DNA from: Minisyncoccia bacterium
Lineage (GTDB): Bacteria; Patescibacteriota; Minisyncoccia; Phycocordibacterales; UBA2100
Length of the DNA: 64,000 nucleotides
Reading direction: 5' to 3'
NCBI GenBank assembly: GCA_049297775.1
Contig: JBAQUX010000025.1
Span: forward strand, 58,835-122,834
In this document: positions 10,664 to 20,058 of the stretch, piece after piece
Position numbering within the stretch: the stretch's first letter is position 1
Layout: every line of letters starts with the position of its first letter
Notes under the pieces: model-generated
The model's database searches: none
What the model saw: the letters and a program-made list of their open reading frames with translations, nothing else
What the model was told of the DNA's origin: nothing
Program-made: the position numbers and the translations under genes

Positions 10664-11638
10664 TTAAATGGTGAGTCCTATCATCTGGCGCGCTTGTGCT
10701 ACCTTTTTTTGTGCCTGTGCCTGTGCCTTCTCTGCGCCACGATTGAGGATGTCTACGAGCTCAATTCTGTCTGAGAGGAGCAGACTTCTCTTCTCTCTAA
10801 ACGGCGCAACGTAGGAACGAACAATTTCGTACAAATTTTCTTTTGCTTCACCGTAGCCTATTGAGCCCTCACGGTAGCGAGTACTCAGTCGATTCAATTC
10901 GTCGCCATTCAAAAAGAGCTTGTACATTGCAAAAACATTACACGTATCTGGGTCGAGCGGTTCACCCTTTGCTTTTGATGTTGTAACAATGCCCATCACT
11001 GCCTTACGAAGTACGTCATCAGACGCAAAAAGCGGAATGACGTTTCCGTAACTTTTACTCATTTTTCTGCCATCAGTACCAGGTACCACCGCAACCTCCT
11101 CACGGATAATTGCCTGCGGTTCTTTAAAGAGTGTACCGTACGTGTCATTAAATTTGCGCGCCATGTCACGTGCAATTTCAAGGTGTTGCGCTTGGTCTTG
11201 TCCCACAGGCACAACATCCGCGTCATAGAGTAAAATATCTGCCGCCATCAACACTGGATAATTAAACGTTCCAACGCTTATTTCTTTATTCTTTGCTTCG
11301 GCATCTTTAAAGGCATGCGCACGCATGAGGTATGGCATAGATGCAAGACAGCTAAATATCCACGAGAGCTCTGTATGTGCAGAGACGCGTGACTGCTGGA
11401 AGAACGTTACCTTGTCAGGATTCAACCCAAGCGCAATATATGCAGCAGCTAAATCAAGAATATTTTGCGTGAGTTGTTGTGGTTCTATATACGAAGTTAT
11501 GGCATGGTAGTCAGCCATGAAGATAAAGCTTTCATGTGCATTCGCCATCTCCACCATTTGCCTAATGGCACCAAAATAGTTTCCAATATGAAGCTCTCCG
11601 GTTGGTTTTACCCCTGATACTAATACTTTTTCACTCAT
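10664..11638 (-). CDS. trpS: Tryptophanyl-tRNA synthetase
   Basis: GVKPTGELHIGNYFGA (HIGH-type) and KMSKSYGN (KMSKS) motifs, 324 aa. Confidence 0.9.
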   Translation of the reverse strand: MSEKVLVSGVKPTGELHIGNYFGAIRQMVEMANAHESFIFMADYHAITSYIEPQQLTQNILDLAAAYIALGLNPDKVTFFQQSRVSAHTELSWIFSCLASMPYLMRAHAFKDAEAKNKEISVGTFNYPVLMAADILLYDADVVPVGQDQAQHLEIARDMARKFNDTYGTLFKEPQAIIREEVAVVPGTDGRKMSKSYGNVIPLFASDDVLRKAVMGIVTTSKAKGEPLDPDTCNVFAMYKLFLNGDELNRLSTRYREGSIGYGEAKENLYEIVRSYVAPFREKRSLLLSDRIELVDILNRGAEKAQAQAQKKVAQARQMIGLTI

Positions 11639-11686
11639 ATCTATCTATAGTAGCAAACCATTTAAAACGATGCTAATCTCACACAC

Positions 11687-12823
11687 ATGCTCTCGTTTAA
11701 AGTACTTAAAAAATCATCACGCTCGTCTGCACGCCTCGGTATATTGAGCACTCCACACGGTGATATTGAAACACCTGCATTTGTTCCTGTTGCGACCAGA
11801 GCATCAGTGCGCACACTTCCCTCACATGAAGTAGTAGCAAGCGGTGCGCAACTCCTTATCGCAAACACGTTTCATCTCCATATAACTCCCGGTGAGAAAA
11901 TTGTAAAAGATGCCGGAGGCATACATACCTTTATGCACTGGAACAAACCACTAATGACAGACTCGGGAGGATTCCAAGTATTCAGTATGGGCTTCGGGAC
12001 CGACCATGGCATGGGAAAAATTTTAGATGAAAAGCCAGACGAAAGCATTACTCCGGGAATTCAGCCTAAAAAAATTCAAATAACTGAAGATGGTGTTTTT
12101 TTCCGTTCACCGAAAGATGGTTCAAAACTTTTCATAGGTCCAAAAGAATCAATTCGCATCCAAGAGCAACTCGGTGCAGATATTATGTACGCATTTGATG
12201 AGTGTCCCTCACCGCTTGCGAACGCTGAGTACATGCACGCCTCACTTGAAAAGACACATCGCTGGGCACAGGTATGCCTTAATGCACGTACTGGTTCACA
12301 GGCGCTCTACGGTATTGTGCAAGGTGGCTCATTTAAAGACCTACGCGCAAAAAGTGCGCAAGTAATTGGCGCTATGGGCTTTGATGGCTTTGGCATTGGT
12401 GGTGAATTCGGATACAACAAAGAAAATTTACGCGATGTCGTTGCCCACACAAATGCACACCTCCCTGAAGATAAGCCAAGACACCTCCTTGGCGTGGGAC
12501 ATCCGGAAGACTTTCCTTTTATTGTAGAGTCAGGCGCAGATACCTTTGACTGTATCGCACCAACACACTACGCACGCCACGGCACACTCTTTACCTCTGT
12601 GGGAAGACTCAACATGACGAATGCACAACATATAGAGTCGCATACCGTTATAGACCCAACGTGCCTCTGCCCAGTATGTACTTCATACTCACGAGCATAT
12701 CTGTCACACCTATTTCGCTCACATGAAGTTTCTGCGCTCACCCTCGCAACGATACACAACTTGCACTACCTGAATGCACTCGCAAAACAGATGCGAGAAA
12801 AAATCGCACGCGACGAAATATAA
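11687..12823 (+). CDS. tgt: Queuine tRNA-ribosyltransferase
   Basis: TPAFVPVAT...; zinc site CLCPVCTSYSRAYLSHL; ~378 aa. Confidence 0.9.
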   Translation: MLSFKVLKKSSRSSARLGILSTPHGDIETPAFVPVATRASVRTLPSHEVVASGAQLLIANTFHLHITPGEKIVKDAGGIHTFMHWNKPLMTDSGGFQVFSMGFGTDHGMGKILDEKPDESITPGIQPKKIQITEDGVFFRSPKDGSKLFIGPKESIRIQEQLGADIMYAFDECPSPLANAEYMHASLEKTHRWAQVCLNARTGSQALYGIVQGGSFKDLRAKSAQVIGAMGFDGFGIGGEFGYNKENLRDVVAHTNAHLPEDKPRHLLGVGHPEDFPFIVESGADTFDCIAPTHYARHGTLFTSVGRLNMTNAQHIESHTVIDPTCLCPVCTSYSRAYLSHLFRSHEVSALTLATIHNLHYLNALAKQMREKIARDEI

Positions 12824-13871
12824 CCACAGCAACGACATGGACGATTTTCAAAAATTACTGAGTGACTATGACTACCCAATAGCGCCAGAAAATATTGCAC
12901 TCGTGCCCAGAGAGCCCCGAGACAGTGCGAAATTGTTAGTGTACAAAAAATCTACTGGCACGGTTACCCTCGACACCTACGCGCGTCTGGCAGAGTACCT
13001 GCCGAAAAATGCACTCCTGGTGTTTAATGACACAAAAGTTATTCCTGCACGCCTCTATGCACACAAAGTCACAGGAGGAAAAGTAGAATTACTGTGTACC
13101 GAGGTTTCGCCAATGATTAACCAATGTAAAGCACTCACCAACAGACGATTGCGCATCGGTGATGTACTTACCTCTTTTGAAAGCACACTCACGGTTACTG
13201 GAAAAACTGATACAGAATACATATTTTCAGTGAGTCCAAGTATAGAAGCACTCGTGCAAGCACACGGGACGACACCAATACCACCATACCTAAAACAGAC
13301 ACCACTAACGGAGTATGAGCTCCGTATGCGCTACCAAACCATGTTTGCAAAGTATGATGGTTCGGCCGCTGCTCCGACGGCATCTCTCCATTTCACGCCC
13401 GAACTTATGCACTCGCTCCACAATGCAGGTATTGCCCACACCACGATAACGCTCCATGTAAGCTTGGGGACCTTTGCTCCACTTACCGCATCTGCAGTTG
13501 CTGAAGGCAAACTGCATGAGGAGTGGTACAGCATCAGCGAAGCATCTGCCCGTGCACTGAACGAAGCAAAATTAGAGGGGCGACCCATTATCCCTGTCGG
13601 TACTACGGCACTTCGTACTATCGAATCTGCAACAGACGATACAGGTATGGTGATACCAGGCACAGCAACTACCCGACTTTTCATCACACCGGGATACGTA
13701 CACAAAATAACTCGTGGACTCATTACTAATTTTCACGTACCAAAATCAAGCTTACTCATGCTCGTCGCATCACTGATAGGTAGAGAAAAACTGTTCGAGT
13801 TGTACGCGTATGCAAAACACAATGATTTTAGATTCTTTTCTTTTGGCGACGGCATGCTCATTGCCGAATAA
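12774..13871 (+). CDS. queA: S-adenosylmethionine:tRNA ribosyltransferase-isomerase
   Basis: QueA-like sequence ending FSFGDGMLIAE. Forms a queuosine pair with tgt. The real start is probably MDDFQKLL (~12837). Confidence 0.85.
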   Translation: MHSQNRCEKKSHATKYNHSNDMDDFQKLLSDYDYPIAPENIALVPREPRDSAKLLVYKKSTGTVTLDTYARLAEYLPKNALLVFNDTKVIPARLYAHKVTGGKVELLCTEVSPMINQCKALTNRRLRIGDVLTSFESTLTVTGKTDTEYIFSVSPSIEALVQAHGTTPIPPYLKQTPLTEYELRMRYQTMFAKYDGSAAAPTASLHFTPELMHSLHNAGIAHTTITLHVSLGTFAPLTASAVAEGKLHEEWYSISEASARALNEAKLEGRPIIPVGTTALRTIESATDDTGMVIPGTATTRLFITPGYVHKITRGLITNFHVPKSSLLMLVASLIGREKLFELYAYAKHNDFRFFSFGDGMLIAE

Positions 13872-13942
13872 TTTTTGAGGTATAAAAAATGACCATGCGC
13901 GAGTTTCCCCACGCATGGCCGAGTTGTAGTCAGGCTGAGACC

Positions 13943-14410
13943 TTAGGTCGTTTTGTCACGGAGAAGACTGAAAAGTTCAAGAACTTCTCGAGCCTTCTCA
14001 TCTGGCGTACACCGTGCGAGGTGTCCGTAGATGAGGCGTTCCGCAACTTGTCGAACCTTTTCTGGAGATTCGCCGTCCACTCCCCGAAAGATGTGCTGGA
14101 TGAGCCTGTCCAGTGCACCCTTCGTCGTTGCCTTCTCGAGGACGAACTCGATTTGAGAACGAAGAATTGGATCAACGTCGATGCCGGGCTGAGGGTGTGG
14201 ATCCTCATCCCTAATGGCGGCTTCGATACGCTGAATCGTCAATTCCGACGGTGGCTTACCCCCTTCTCTCGTAAGGGAGTAAATCGTAGCTGGGCTGACT
14301 TTCGCTTTGGACGCTAAGTCTTTAACAGTAATCCCAGTACGAGTACGGAACGCGGTGACGCGTCCCGCCAATAGGCGTGCGAGACTGGTCTCAGTCTGCT
14401 TGTGGGCCAT
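13943..14410 (-). CDS. Small helix-turn-helix DNA-binding protein (XRE/excisionase-like) in a GC-rich insert
   Basis: GITVKDLASKAKVSPATIYSLTREGG is an HTH. It has a strong SD (AAAGGAG, 8 nt before the ATG) and a TTGATT-17-CATAAT promoter. Local GC is ~55% versus ~43% elsewhere. The overlapping plus-strand ORF 13889..14317 is W/C-rich and not protein-like. Confidence 0.6.
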   Translation of the reverse strand: MAHKQTETSLARLLAGRVTAFRTRTGITVKDLASKAKVSPATIYSLTREGGKPPSELTIQRIEAAIRDEDPHPQPGIDVDPILRSQIEFVLEKATTKGALDRLIQHIFRGVDGESPEKVRQVAERLIYGHLARCTPDEKAREVLELFSLLRDKTT

Positions 14411-14481
14411 GGTTTTCTCCTTTCACTCTCGCCCGGGTCACAACCCAAGTAGAGATTCGGCGAGGTTGCCCAGGCATGTAT

Positions 14482-14510
14482 ATTATGCCATGAATATTTA
14501 AAATAATCAA
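14482..14510 (-). promoter_or_regulatory. Putative sigma70-type promoter of the HTH gene (TTGATT-17 nt-CATAAT)
   Basis: Read on the minus strand: ttgattattttaaatattcatggcataat, ~70 nt upstream of the HTH ATG. Confidence 0.4.
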
Positions 14511-14520
14511 GTTTCGATAT

Positions 14521-14563
14521 ATAAAAAAGTCCCTGGAGAGCTGCAACGCACGCTCCCCAGGGG
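14521..14563 (-). terminator. Rho-independent terminator downstream of the Fic gene
   Basis: Inverted repeat ccctggagag...ctccccaggg (10-bp stem, one mismatch) followed on the minus strand by TTTTTTAT. Confidence 0.5.
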
Positions 14564-14735
14564 TTCATAACATCTTGGGCCCGTGGGCCACCAAACTCAG
14601 TGCTCGTAGACATTCCCGTCTCGGAGGAACGTGTACACTGCAGTGAGCGATGCTACAAGAAAATAACTCTACAATATAAATTGAAATTTTGAAAGCGGTT
14701 AGACGCAAAACAATGGGTACATATACGCATAGTCA

Positions 14736-15956
14736 TTATTCTCTTGTGCGGACTGGTTTTGGCGCTGCATCTCCCTGTTCCTTAATATGTGGCGCCTCAA
14801 TATCATAATATACTCGCCCGATGTAGAACGGACTCTCGGGTGGCGGTCCCCAGGATGTGCCCGTTGATGCGTGTGTGCCCACATCTCGCGACAGCGACAT
14901 TTTAAGTGTATTTACCGCGTTTATAACAAGGTCTCCAAGATACCCATCAGGAATGCCAGCGCCGATGTCTGTACGAATTGCGTTACTCAACATATGTGTG
15001 TAAGCGCGTCGCAATTTTGGGTTCATTTGAACTTCCGGTAAGTATGAATGCGGTATATATGGAATTTTGTGCTTCTGCATAAATGCATGCAGATATTCGT
15101 TACTAATCGTCTCAAGTGCATTTTTTGCCATTGGTTCGTATTCAGTGAGGTACGGCATTCTGTCTACGGGGTACCCTATCAGATGTAAGTCTTTGATTAT
15201 CTGTGCCTCAAACGCTCTTCCATTACCATCAAAAAACGGGTGAATTATTTTTGAACCCATGATTGAAAAGAAGACAACAACCGTAAGATACTGGTCTATA
15301 TTTTTCGCACGACGCATGCCTTCGTCTCTCCACGCTGCAATGCGTGCCATAAGGTCGCCTACATTATCGAGCATACCTAAGTAGTATTCTGGCTCCTTAT
15401 TTGTATGTACAAATCGGTCAAAAATTTCTACTGTATGCGTTGCCGGCATTTCAGTTTTTGTACCGTCCGCGTCTATCCGTGCACCCTGACTTCTGAACGC
15501 TCCTTGCCTGCGCAGACCAATTTGAAATTGTGTAGACACTGCCTTTCCATTGCGAGCACTTGTTGCAAATTTAACCTCATGTTTTCCTCGCCAATACGGG
15601 ATGGGTGATGGTCCATCACTCGCCTCATCCATTTTCCGTTGCTTTCGCTCCAATACTTTCATCTTTGTCAAAATTGCATTCATCCCTGATTTTTGGTCTG
15701 CAATAGTAAGTACGTCTGGGTTATCCTGCGTTATCAATATAGCTGCTGCTTCCATGGCAAATCTGTCTGGCCACGGCTTCGTACTTCCGTGTGTCGTAAT
15801 ACGATGCATCAACTTCAAACCATCAAGCGTACCGAGGTGCTCAGGATTTTTTGGATCAAGTCGTTCAATGACTTTTGGAAGCAAAGCAAGAAATCGTCGG
15901 AGACCTTCCTCACGCGTGCCCGACTCAAGTGGATGCAAAAAATCAATACTAGTCAT
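14736..15956 (-). CDS. Fic/Doc-family protein (putative AMPylase or related phosphotransferase)
   Basis: Core motif HPFFDGNGRAFEA (HxFx[DE]GNGR; the final conserved Arg is replaced by Glu) within a ~400-aa protein. Confidence 0.75.
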   Translation of the reverse strand: MTSIDFLHPLESGTREEGLRRFLALLPKVIERLDPKNPEHLGTLDGLKLMHRITTHGSTKPWPDRFAMEAAAILITQDNPDVLTIADQKSGMNAILTKMKVLERKQRKMDEASDGPSPIPYWRGKHEVKFATSARNGKAVSTQFQIGLRRQGAFRSQGARIDADGTKTEMPATHTVEIFDRFVHTNKEPEYYLGMLDNVGDLMARIAAWRDEGMRRAKNIDQYLTVVVFFSIMGSKIIHPFFDGNGRAFEAQIIKDLHLIGYPVDRMPYLTEYEPMAKNALETISNEYLHAFMQKHKIPYIPHSYLPEVQMNPKLRRAYTHMLSNAIRTDIGAGIPDGYLGDLVINAVNTLKMSLSRDVGTHASTGTSWGPPPESPFYIGRVYYDIEAPHIKEQGDAAPKPVRTRE

Positions 15957-16012
15957 GCATAAAATAGTAGCATAAATCTTAGGTACACTAACGACGATAG
16001 TATAAAAGATTG

Positions 16013-17380
16013 CTATGTATTTGCAGGCTTCGAGCCGACTGGTGGCAACCCCTTTGATTTTTGCTTTTCATATTCTGCTCCGTATACACGCAAGTGTTCA
16101 GCCTTAATGACATCGAATTCCTTTTGGATCAGTTTGTCAGAAATTTTTAGTGATATAGAGTCTAAAACTTTAATGGTACATTTTTTTTGCTTAAAGCATT
16201 TTGATGATATTGCTAAAACCTTTTGCTGATACTGCATAATGCCATACAAGTAGCTGTCTCGAAGTTCGTTTGGATAATAGCTGTTAAACTCAACATCTGA
16301 GGAATTGAGTGCATCTTGAATAATATTATATTCTTCTTGAACTTGACCACTCATACGCGTCGACAATGCATACAAAGCTGTCGCATGAGCATCCATACTT
16401 GAAAGATTTTTATCATTCAATGCAATTGCTTTGTTGACAGTCGTAAGACTTAGAAAGTCTGAAGGATTCAAAGACTCAGAAAAATTTGATGCTTCACGTG
16501 CAGCAACACTTTGTTGCTCTAAAGCTTGAATTTTTACATCATTCTTAATTGCATTTTCAAGTTGCAAAAAGAATTGCGAATCTGTAACAGACCCTTGCGG
16601 TAATGGGGTTACCCTTGACCAATTATCTAGGTCTGATTTTAGATGTATAAGTGATTCGCTTAAACTTTCTACATAATTTAGCCCATAGACAAGTCCTGCG
16701 CGAGGTTCACTCTTAAGGTATGTATATTCATTATATTTTGCCTGAACTGACTCCTTAAATCCATTTCGTACGTCAGTGATATATTTCCAATACAAGTAAT
16801 GTTGCGATGGAGAGCTAAAAAATAATTGACCATGTGTAGCGGTAAAAGGGGTTGAAATCCGTGACAATCCTGCATATATATCTCTTGTTGCTGTGAGTAT
16901 AAGTATCAGAGATGCATGCTCTCTATCTAGATGCGCAGAGACCAAGCTTTCATCAAATGCTGGGTAGTCAGCCGAGAATGCACCCCACAGAAATCGCCCC
17001 TCTGCTGTTGCCTGCATATTTTTGAAGTATTGCTTTTTCTGCTCATGCATAAACTTTAATTGCCGAATGTACAAGTCAAACTCGTTTGCTATTTTTGTTA
17101 GCTCTGCCTGGTTATTTGGTCTTCTGAGGGCAACTTCACGCGCCGCATCGTATGCCTTACCAGCTGTTTCAGGATAAATCTGCTGCGTATTAATATATCC
17201 CCGAATATCTTTTTCAATCACTTTAAATTGCGAAGGCATGGTACCTCCCTCACCGGTGACACTTCGAATTACTTGTCTTAAATCTTGGTGGGATACAGGT
17301 TCTGATGCAAATGTTTGCGTTGGAAATAATACGCAAAAAGTTAATAAAAGTATATGAAGCCGAACTTTATGCGTAGTCAT
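16013..17380 (-). CDS. Secreted hypothetical protein
   Basis: Cleavable signal peptide (MTTHKVRLHILLLTFCVLFPTQTFASEP); no recognisable catalytic motifs. Confidence 0.5.
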   Translation of the reverse strand: MTTHKVRLHILLLTFCVLFPTQTFASEPVSHQDLRQVIRSVTGEGGTMPSQFKVIEKDIRGYINTQQIYPETAGKAYDAAREVALRRPNNQAELTKIANEFDLYIRQLKFMHEQKKQYFKNMQATAEGRFLWGAFSADYPAFDESLVSAHLDREHASLILILTATRDIYAGLSRISTPFTATHGQLFFSSPSQHYLYWKYITDVRNGFKESVQAKYNEYTYLKSEPRAGLVYGLNYVESLSESLIHLKSDLDNWSRVTPLPQGSVTDSQFFLQLENAIKNDVKIQALEQQSVAAREASNFSESLNPSDFLSLTTVNKAIALNDKNLSSMDAHATALYALSTRMSGQVQEEYNIIQDALNSSDVEFNSYYPNELRDSYLYGIMQYQQKVLAISSKCFKQKKCTIKVLDSISLKISDKLIQKEFDVIKAEHLRVYGAEYEKQKSKGLPPVGSKPANT

Positions 17381-17467
17381 CTATTGATTCTATCAAAGAA
17401 TAGCCTTATGCACCATCAAAAAAAATGAGGCCAGACACTAGTTTTTCATAGCTCAACTATCTTCTTC

Positions 17468-17514
17468 TACATGTATAACAAACACCGCCATAGGGCGGTG
17501 TTTGTTATACATGT
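17468..17514. repeat. Perfect 20-bp-stem hairpin/palindrome (catgtataacaaacaccgcc-ata-gggcggtgtttgttatacatg)
   Basis: Seen directly in the sequence, between the stop of 17529..19715 and the start of 16013..17380. No adjacent U-tract. Confidence 0.6.
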
Positions 17515-17528
17515 ATAGGAACAACGAA

Positions 17529-19715
17529 CTAGTGCGTAAGCACGTAATACTTTACCGCAGCGAAGTAATTAGTACCGTATCCTGCAGGCATATTCAACTT
17601 AACATCGAAGTTAGATTTAGACTTGAGTCCCGCATCGATACCTACAGTTATCCAGTGGAGTCGTGCAGCCTCTTCATTAGGGAAACTAAGGCTGTTCAAT
17701 GTCTGGTAGTCATACCAATTGAACACTTTCGGGTCGACCAAGTATTTATATGTGTCATAGAGCGCGTCTATGCTTGCTTGCACTTGTGCGAGTGTACCGA
17801 ATACGTAGTGAGACCTAAATTTGTAATCTCCCGCTGGTGCATTGCCTGGATATCGATATATGGACTGAATAGTAGTAAAACCATTTGAAGTCACAGATGC
17901 GAAATATGGAATGAGTCCAGTTAGGTCGTCAAACCTCTTGTCTGGTGAAAATATCGCCATCGCTTTCGTGCCATCAACTGAATGCGCAATAATCGGCTGA
18001 ACGGCAACGAATTTAGCATCCACAGTCGGATTTGTTGTGACGACGAGCGCTGTCAGCGCCTTAGTTCGCGGGTCATACACAGACAATTTTGGGAACTCTG
18101 TTCTCTTTACCGAGTTAAATGCTGGCAAGAAGCCGGAATCGTGGTATGTCTCGACAGTTCTCACGACCATGTCGGTAGTCAAAACCCCGGGCATACTCGT
18201 CGGCTTCGTAGATGTGCCAATATTTCCAATGGCGGCAGATTTGCCGAGCTTCACTGTGGACGTTGCTGTATTATTATTAAGAGTGAAATCTGGATTGTTC
18301 AGTCCATACGGTGCAACAAAGCACGTCGTCTTTCGCACTGGCGTACCCACATGTCCTCCAGTTGTCGGGTCATACGCATAGAAGTCCGTTGCAGCATTTG
18401 GGTTTACATAATACACAAGATCAGCGGTACTCACCATTCTATCGGCTGCAGATTTGTACCATATAGTTGGACTAGTAAGACCGCGGTTTGCACCATTTGC
18501 TATTACCACGTCAGCAACCGACCCTGTCTCGAGGGGGTTATTACAGTCATTGTAAAATGTCGGGTAGTCAGGCGTAGCCCCCACCATCGGAGTATTGAAG
18601 AAGAATGTCCCTTGTAGCGATCCGCCTCGTATATATTTAAGGTCAAGTGGCGGATCGTTCTGGACAAAGTTGTTTGAACCTCTCACAACCTGTGTAACTG
18701 CACCGCCATACGTTAATTTGTCAGTGGCTACAAACGTATCTCCATCTGACATATAATAACCATCATTTTCATATGTAGTTCCTAAATACGTCTTATTTGC
18801 AGAACCTGCTGGTATTGCTGGGTACACAGCTTCAGGAATATCCACAACAGGAAGCACAACAGTTACTGCTTGAGTCGCAGTAGCTGTACCGCCAGCTGTT
18901 TTAGTACAGGTCAATGTAAAGGTCTCGTTGTTCGTAATCATACTAGATACGACTGTCCCCGATATACCTGTTGCGAGTGTAGTCGATGCACCATTCTTAA
19001 CAGTACATGAACTCATTTGTGTTGAGCCCCATGTGAGGGTGGTTGTCTTACCCAATGCGACTGAAGTACTGGCTGCTGTAAGTGTCAGGGTTGGTACTGG
19101 AGAGGTGACGGTGATTGTAACGTTTTTTGTGATCGCTGATCCGGGTGCACCTGGTAACGGCTGACATACCAGTGAGAGCGTAGTCGTCGTGAGTGGCCCA
19201 TAGCTATATGCTGTTTGGTTAAGCGACGATAGGATCGTTGTTGCTCCATTTTTAAGTGTGCACGAGCTAGCATTAGTTGATGTCCATGTCAGTGATGTAT
19301 TAGTCCCAGACATGATTGTTGTAGGAGTTGCGGTAAATGTGGATGTTGGATTAGGTATTGCCGCATTAACAGTCACACCCACAGCTCCTGTGTCAGTCTC
19401 GTTACCATTATTCGGGTTATAACAATACACTGAATAATACGCATAGCCGGCTGCAGGCGTGTGAAATGAGTATCGATACGGGCCAGATGCATACACAGGA
19501 ATATCCAAGCCACTACCATAATACCGAGCGAGGCACACATTCTTAACCGCGTCTGGTTGCCAATTAATCTGTATCTGAGTTCCTTCCGTGACCGTAGTCC
19601 CCTGCACTGGGTACACTCCTATTGTTCCAGCTAATGAAATTCCAGGCAGCACAAGTAAAAAACTAATAAAGAAATAAATAATGCTGCGACGCGAGTAAAT
19701 ATAATTGGTAATCAT
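17529..19715 (-). CDS. Large secreted cell-surface protein with tandem Ig-like (~75-aa, Cys-containing) repeats
   Basis: N-terminal TM/signal (IIYFFISFLLVLPGISLAG). Two tandem repeats (...SLTWTSTNASSCTLKNGATT... and ...TLTWGSTQMSSCTVKNGASTT...). T/S/G-rich. Confidence 0.6.
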   Translation of the reverse strand: MITNYIYSRRSIIYFFISFLLVLPGISLAGTIGVYPVQGTTVTEGTQIQINWQPDAVKNVCLARYYGSGLDIPVYASGPYRYSFHTPAAGYAYYSVYCYNPNNGNETDTGAVGVTVNAAIPNPTSTFTATPTTIMSGTNTSLTWTSTNASSCTLKNGATTILSSLNQTAYSYGPLTTTTLSLVCQPLPGAPGSAITKNVTITVTSPVPTLTLTAASTSVALGKTTTLTWGSTQMSSCTVKNGASTTLATGISGTVVSSMITNNETFTLTCTKTAGGTATATQAVTVVLPVVDIPEAVYPAIPAGSANKTYLGTTYENDGYYMSDGDTFVATDKLTYGGAVTQVVRGSNNFVQNDPPLDLKYIRGGSLQGTFFFNTPMVGATPDYPTFYNDCNNPLETGSVADVVIANGANRGLTSPTIWYKSAADRMVSTADLVYYVNPNAATDFYAYDPTTGGHVGTPVRKTTCFVAPYGLNNPDFTLNNNTATSTVKLGKSAAIGNIGTSTKPTSMPGVLTTDMVVRTVETYHDSGFLPAFNSVKRTEFPKLSVYDPRTKALTALVVTTNPTVDAKFVAVQPIIAHSVDGTKAMAIFSPDKRFDDLTGLIPYFASVTSNGFTTIQSIYRYPGNAPAGDYKFRSHYVFGTLAQVQASIDALYDTYKYLVDPKVFNWYDYQTLNSLSFPNEEAARLHWITVGIDAGLKSKSNFDVKLNMPAGYGTNYFAAVKYYVLTH

Positions 19716-19734
19716 ATACTACAAAGCATACATC

Positions 19735-19777
19735 ATCACTACTAAAAGGCATAAGTACTTGTCGGTATAATTTTTTG
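19735..19777. promoter_or_regulatory. Conserved ~43-bp upstream element, copy B (tcacact-aaaaggcaTaagtacttgtcggtataattttttg), 5' of the surface-protein gene
   Basis: Near-identical to 34322..34364 upstream of the RHS gene. Contains the palindrome AAGTACTT and a TATAAT on the plus strand. Confidence 0.5.
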
Positions 19778-19904
19778 CAGAAGATACCAAGAATTTCACA
19801 GCTGCACTCAAGTCAATGTTGCGATGCATACAGGCACCCGCGCTGAAACGCGTCACGCATTGATTTATTGCAATGAAACTAATACCTGATCCTGGTTATT
19901 CTGT

Positions 19905-20035
19905 CGCGTATTTCCTTACCACCATTTTATTTTTTCTGGCATTTCGCCATCTTCTCTTGAAAGATTAGCGAAAGGTAGATGCATTTTTTCGACGCACCTA
20001 CATTTGGTATATTTACTTTCATGCCAGGGTAATCC
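19905..20035 (-). pseudogene. Decayed remnant of an immunity gene paralogous to imm3 (23160..23765)
   Basis: Minus-strand translation gives ...MKVNIPNVGASKK... and, in another frame, ...FANLSREDGEMPEKIKWW*. These resemble the imm3 N-terminus (MSIGASKLL) and C-terminus (FAKVSNSDGIMPSKIKWW*). The shared sequence ccaccattttatttt is present at both loci. Confidence 0.45.
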
Positions 20036-20058
20036 GATTCAAAATAGTAACTAACTTA

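Noticed and set aside
13889-14317. Plus-strand 142-aa ORF overlapping the HTH gene
   Set aside because: W/C/R-rich, non-protein-like composition with no SD. The opposite-strand ORF has a consensus promoter, a strong SD and a clear HTH, so the plus-strand ORF is treated as a shadow ORF.
14314-14613. Minus-strand 99-aa ORF in the Fic/HTH intergenic region
   Set aside because: It overlaps the promoter and terminator elements and has a low-complexity W/P/R-rich sequence. It is probably non-coding.
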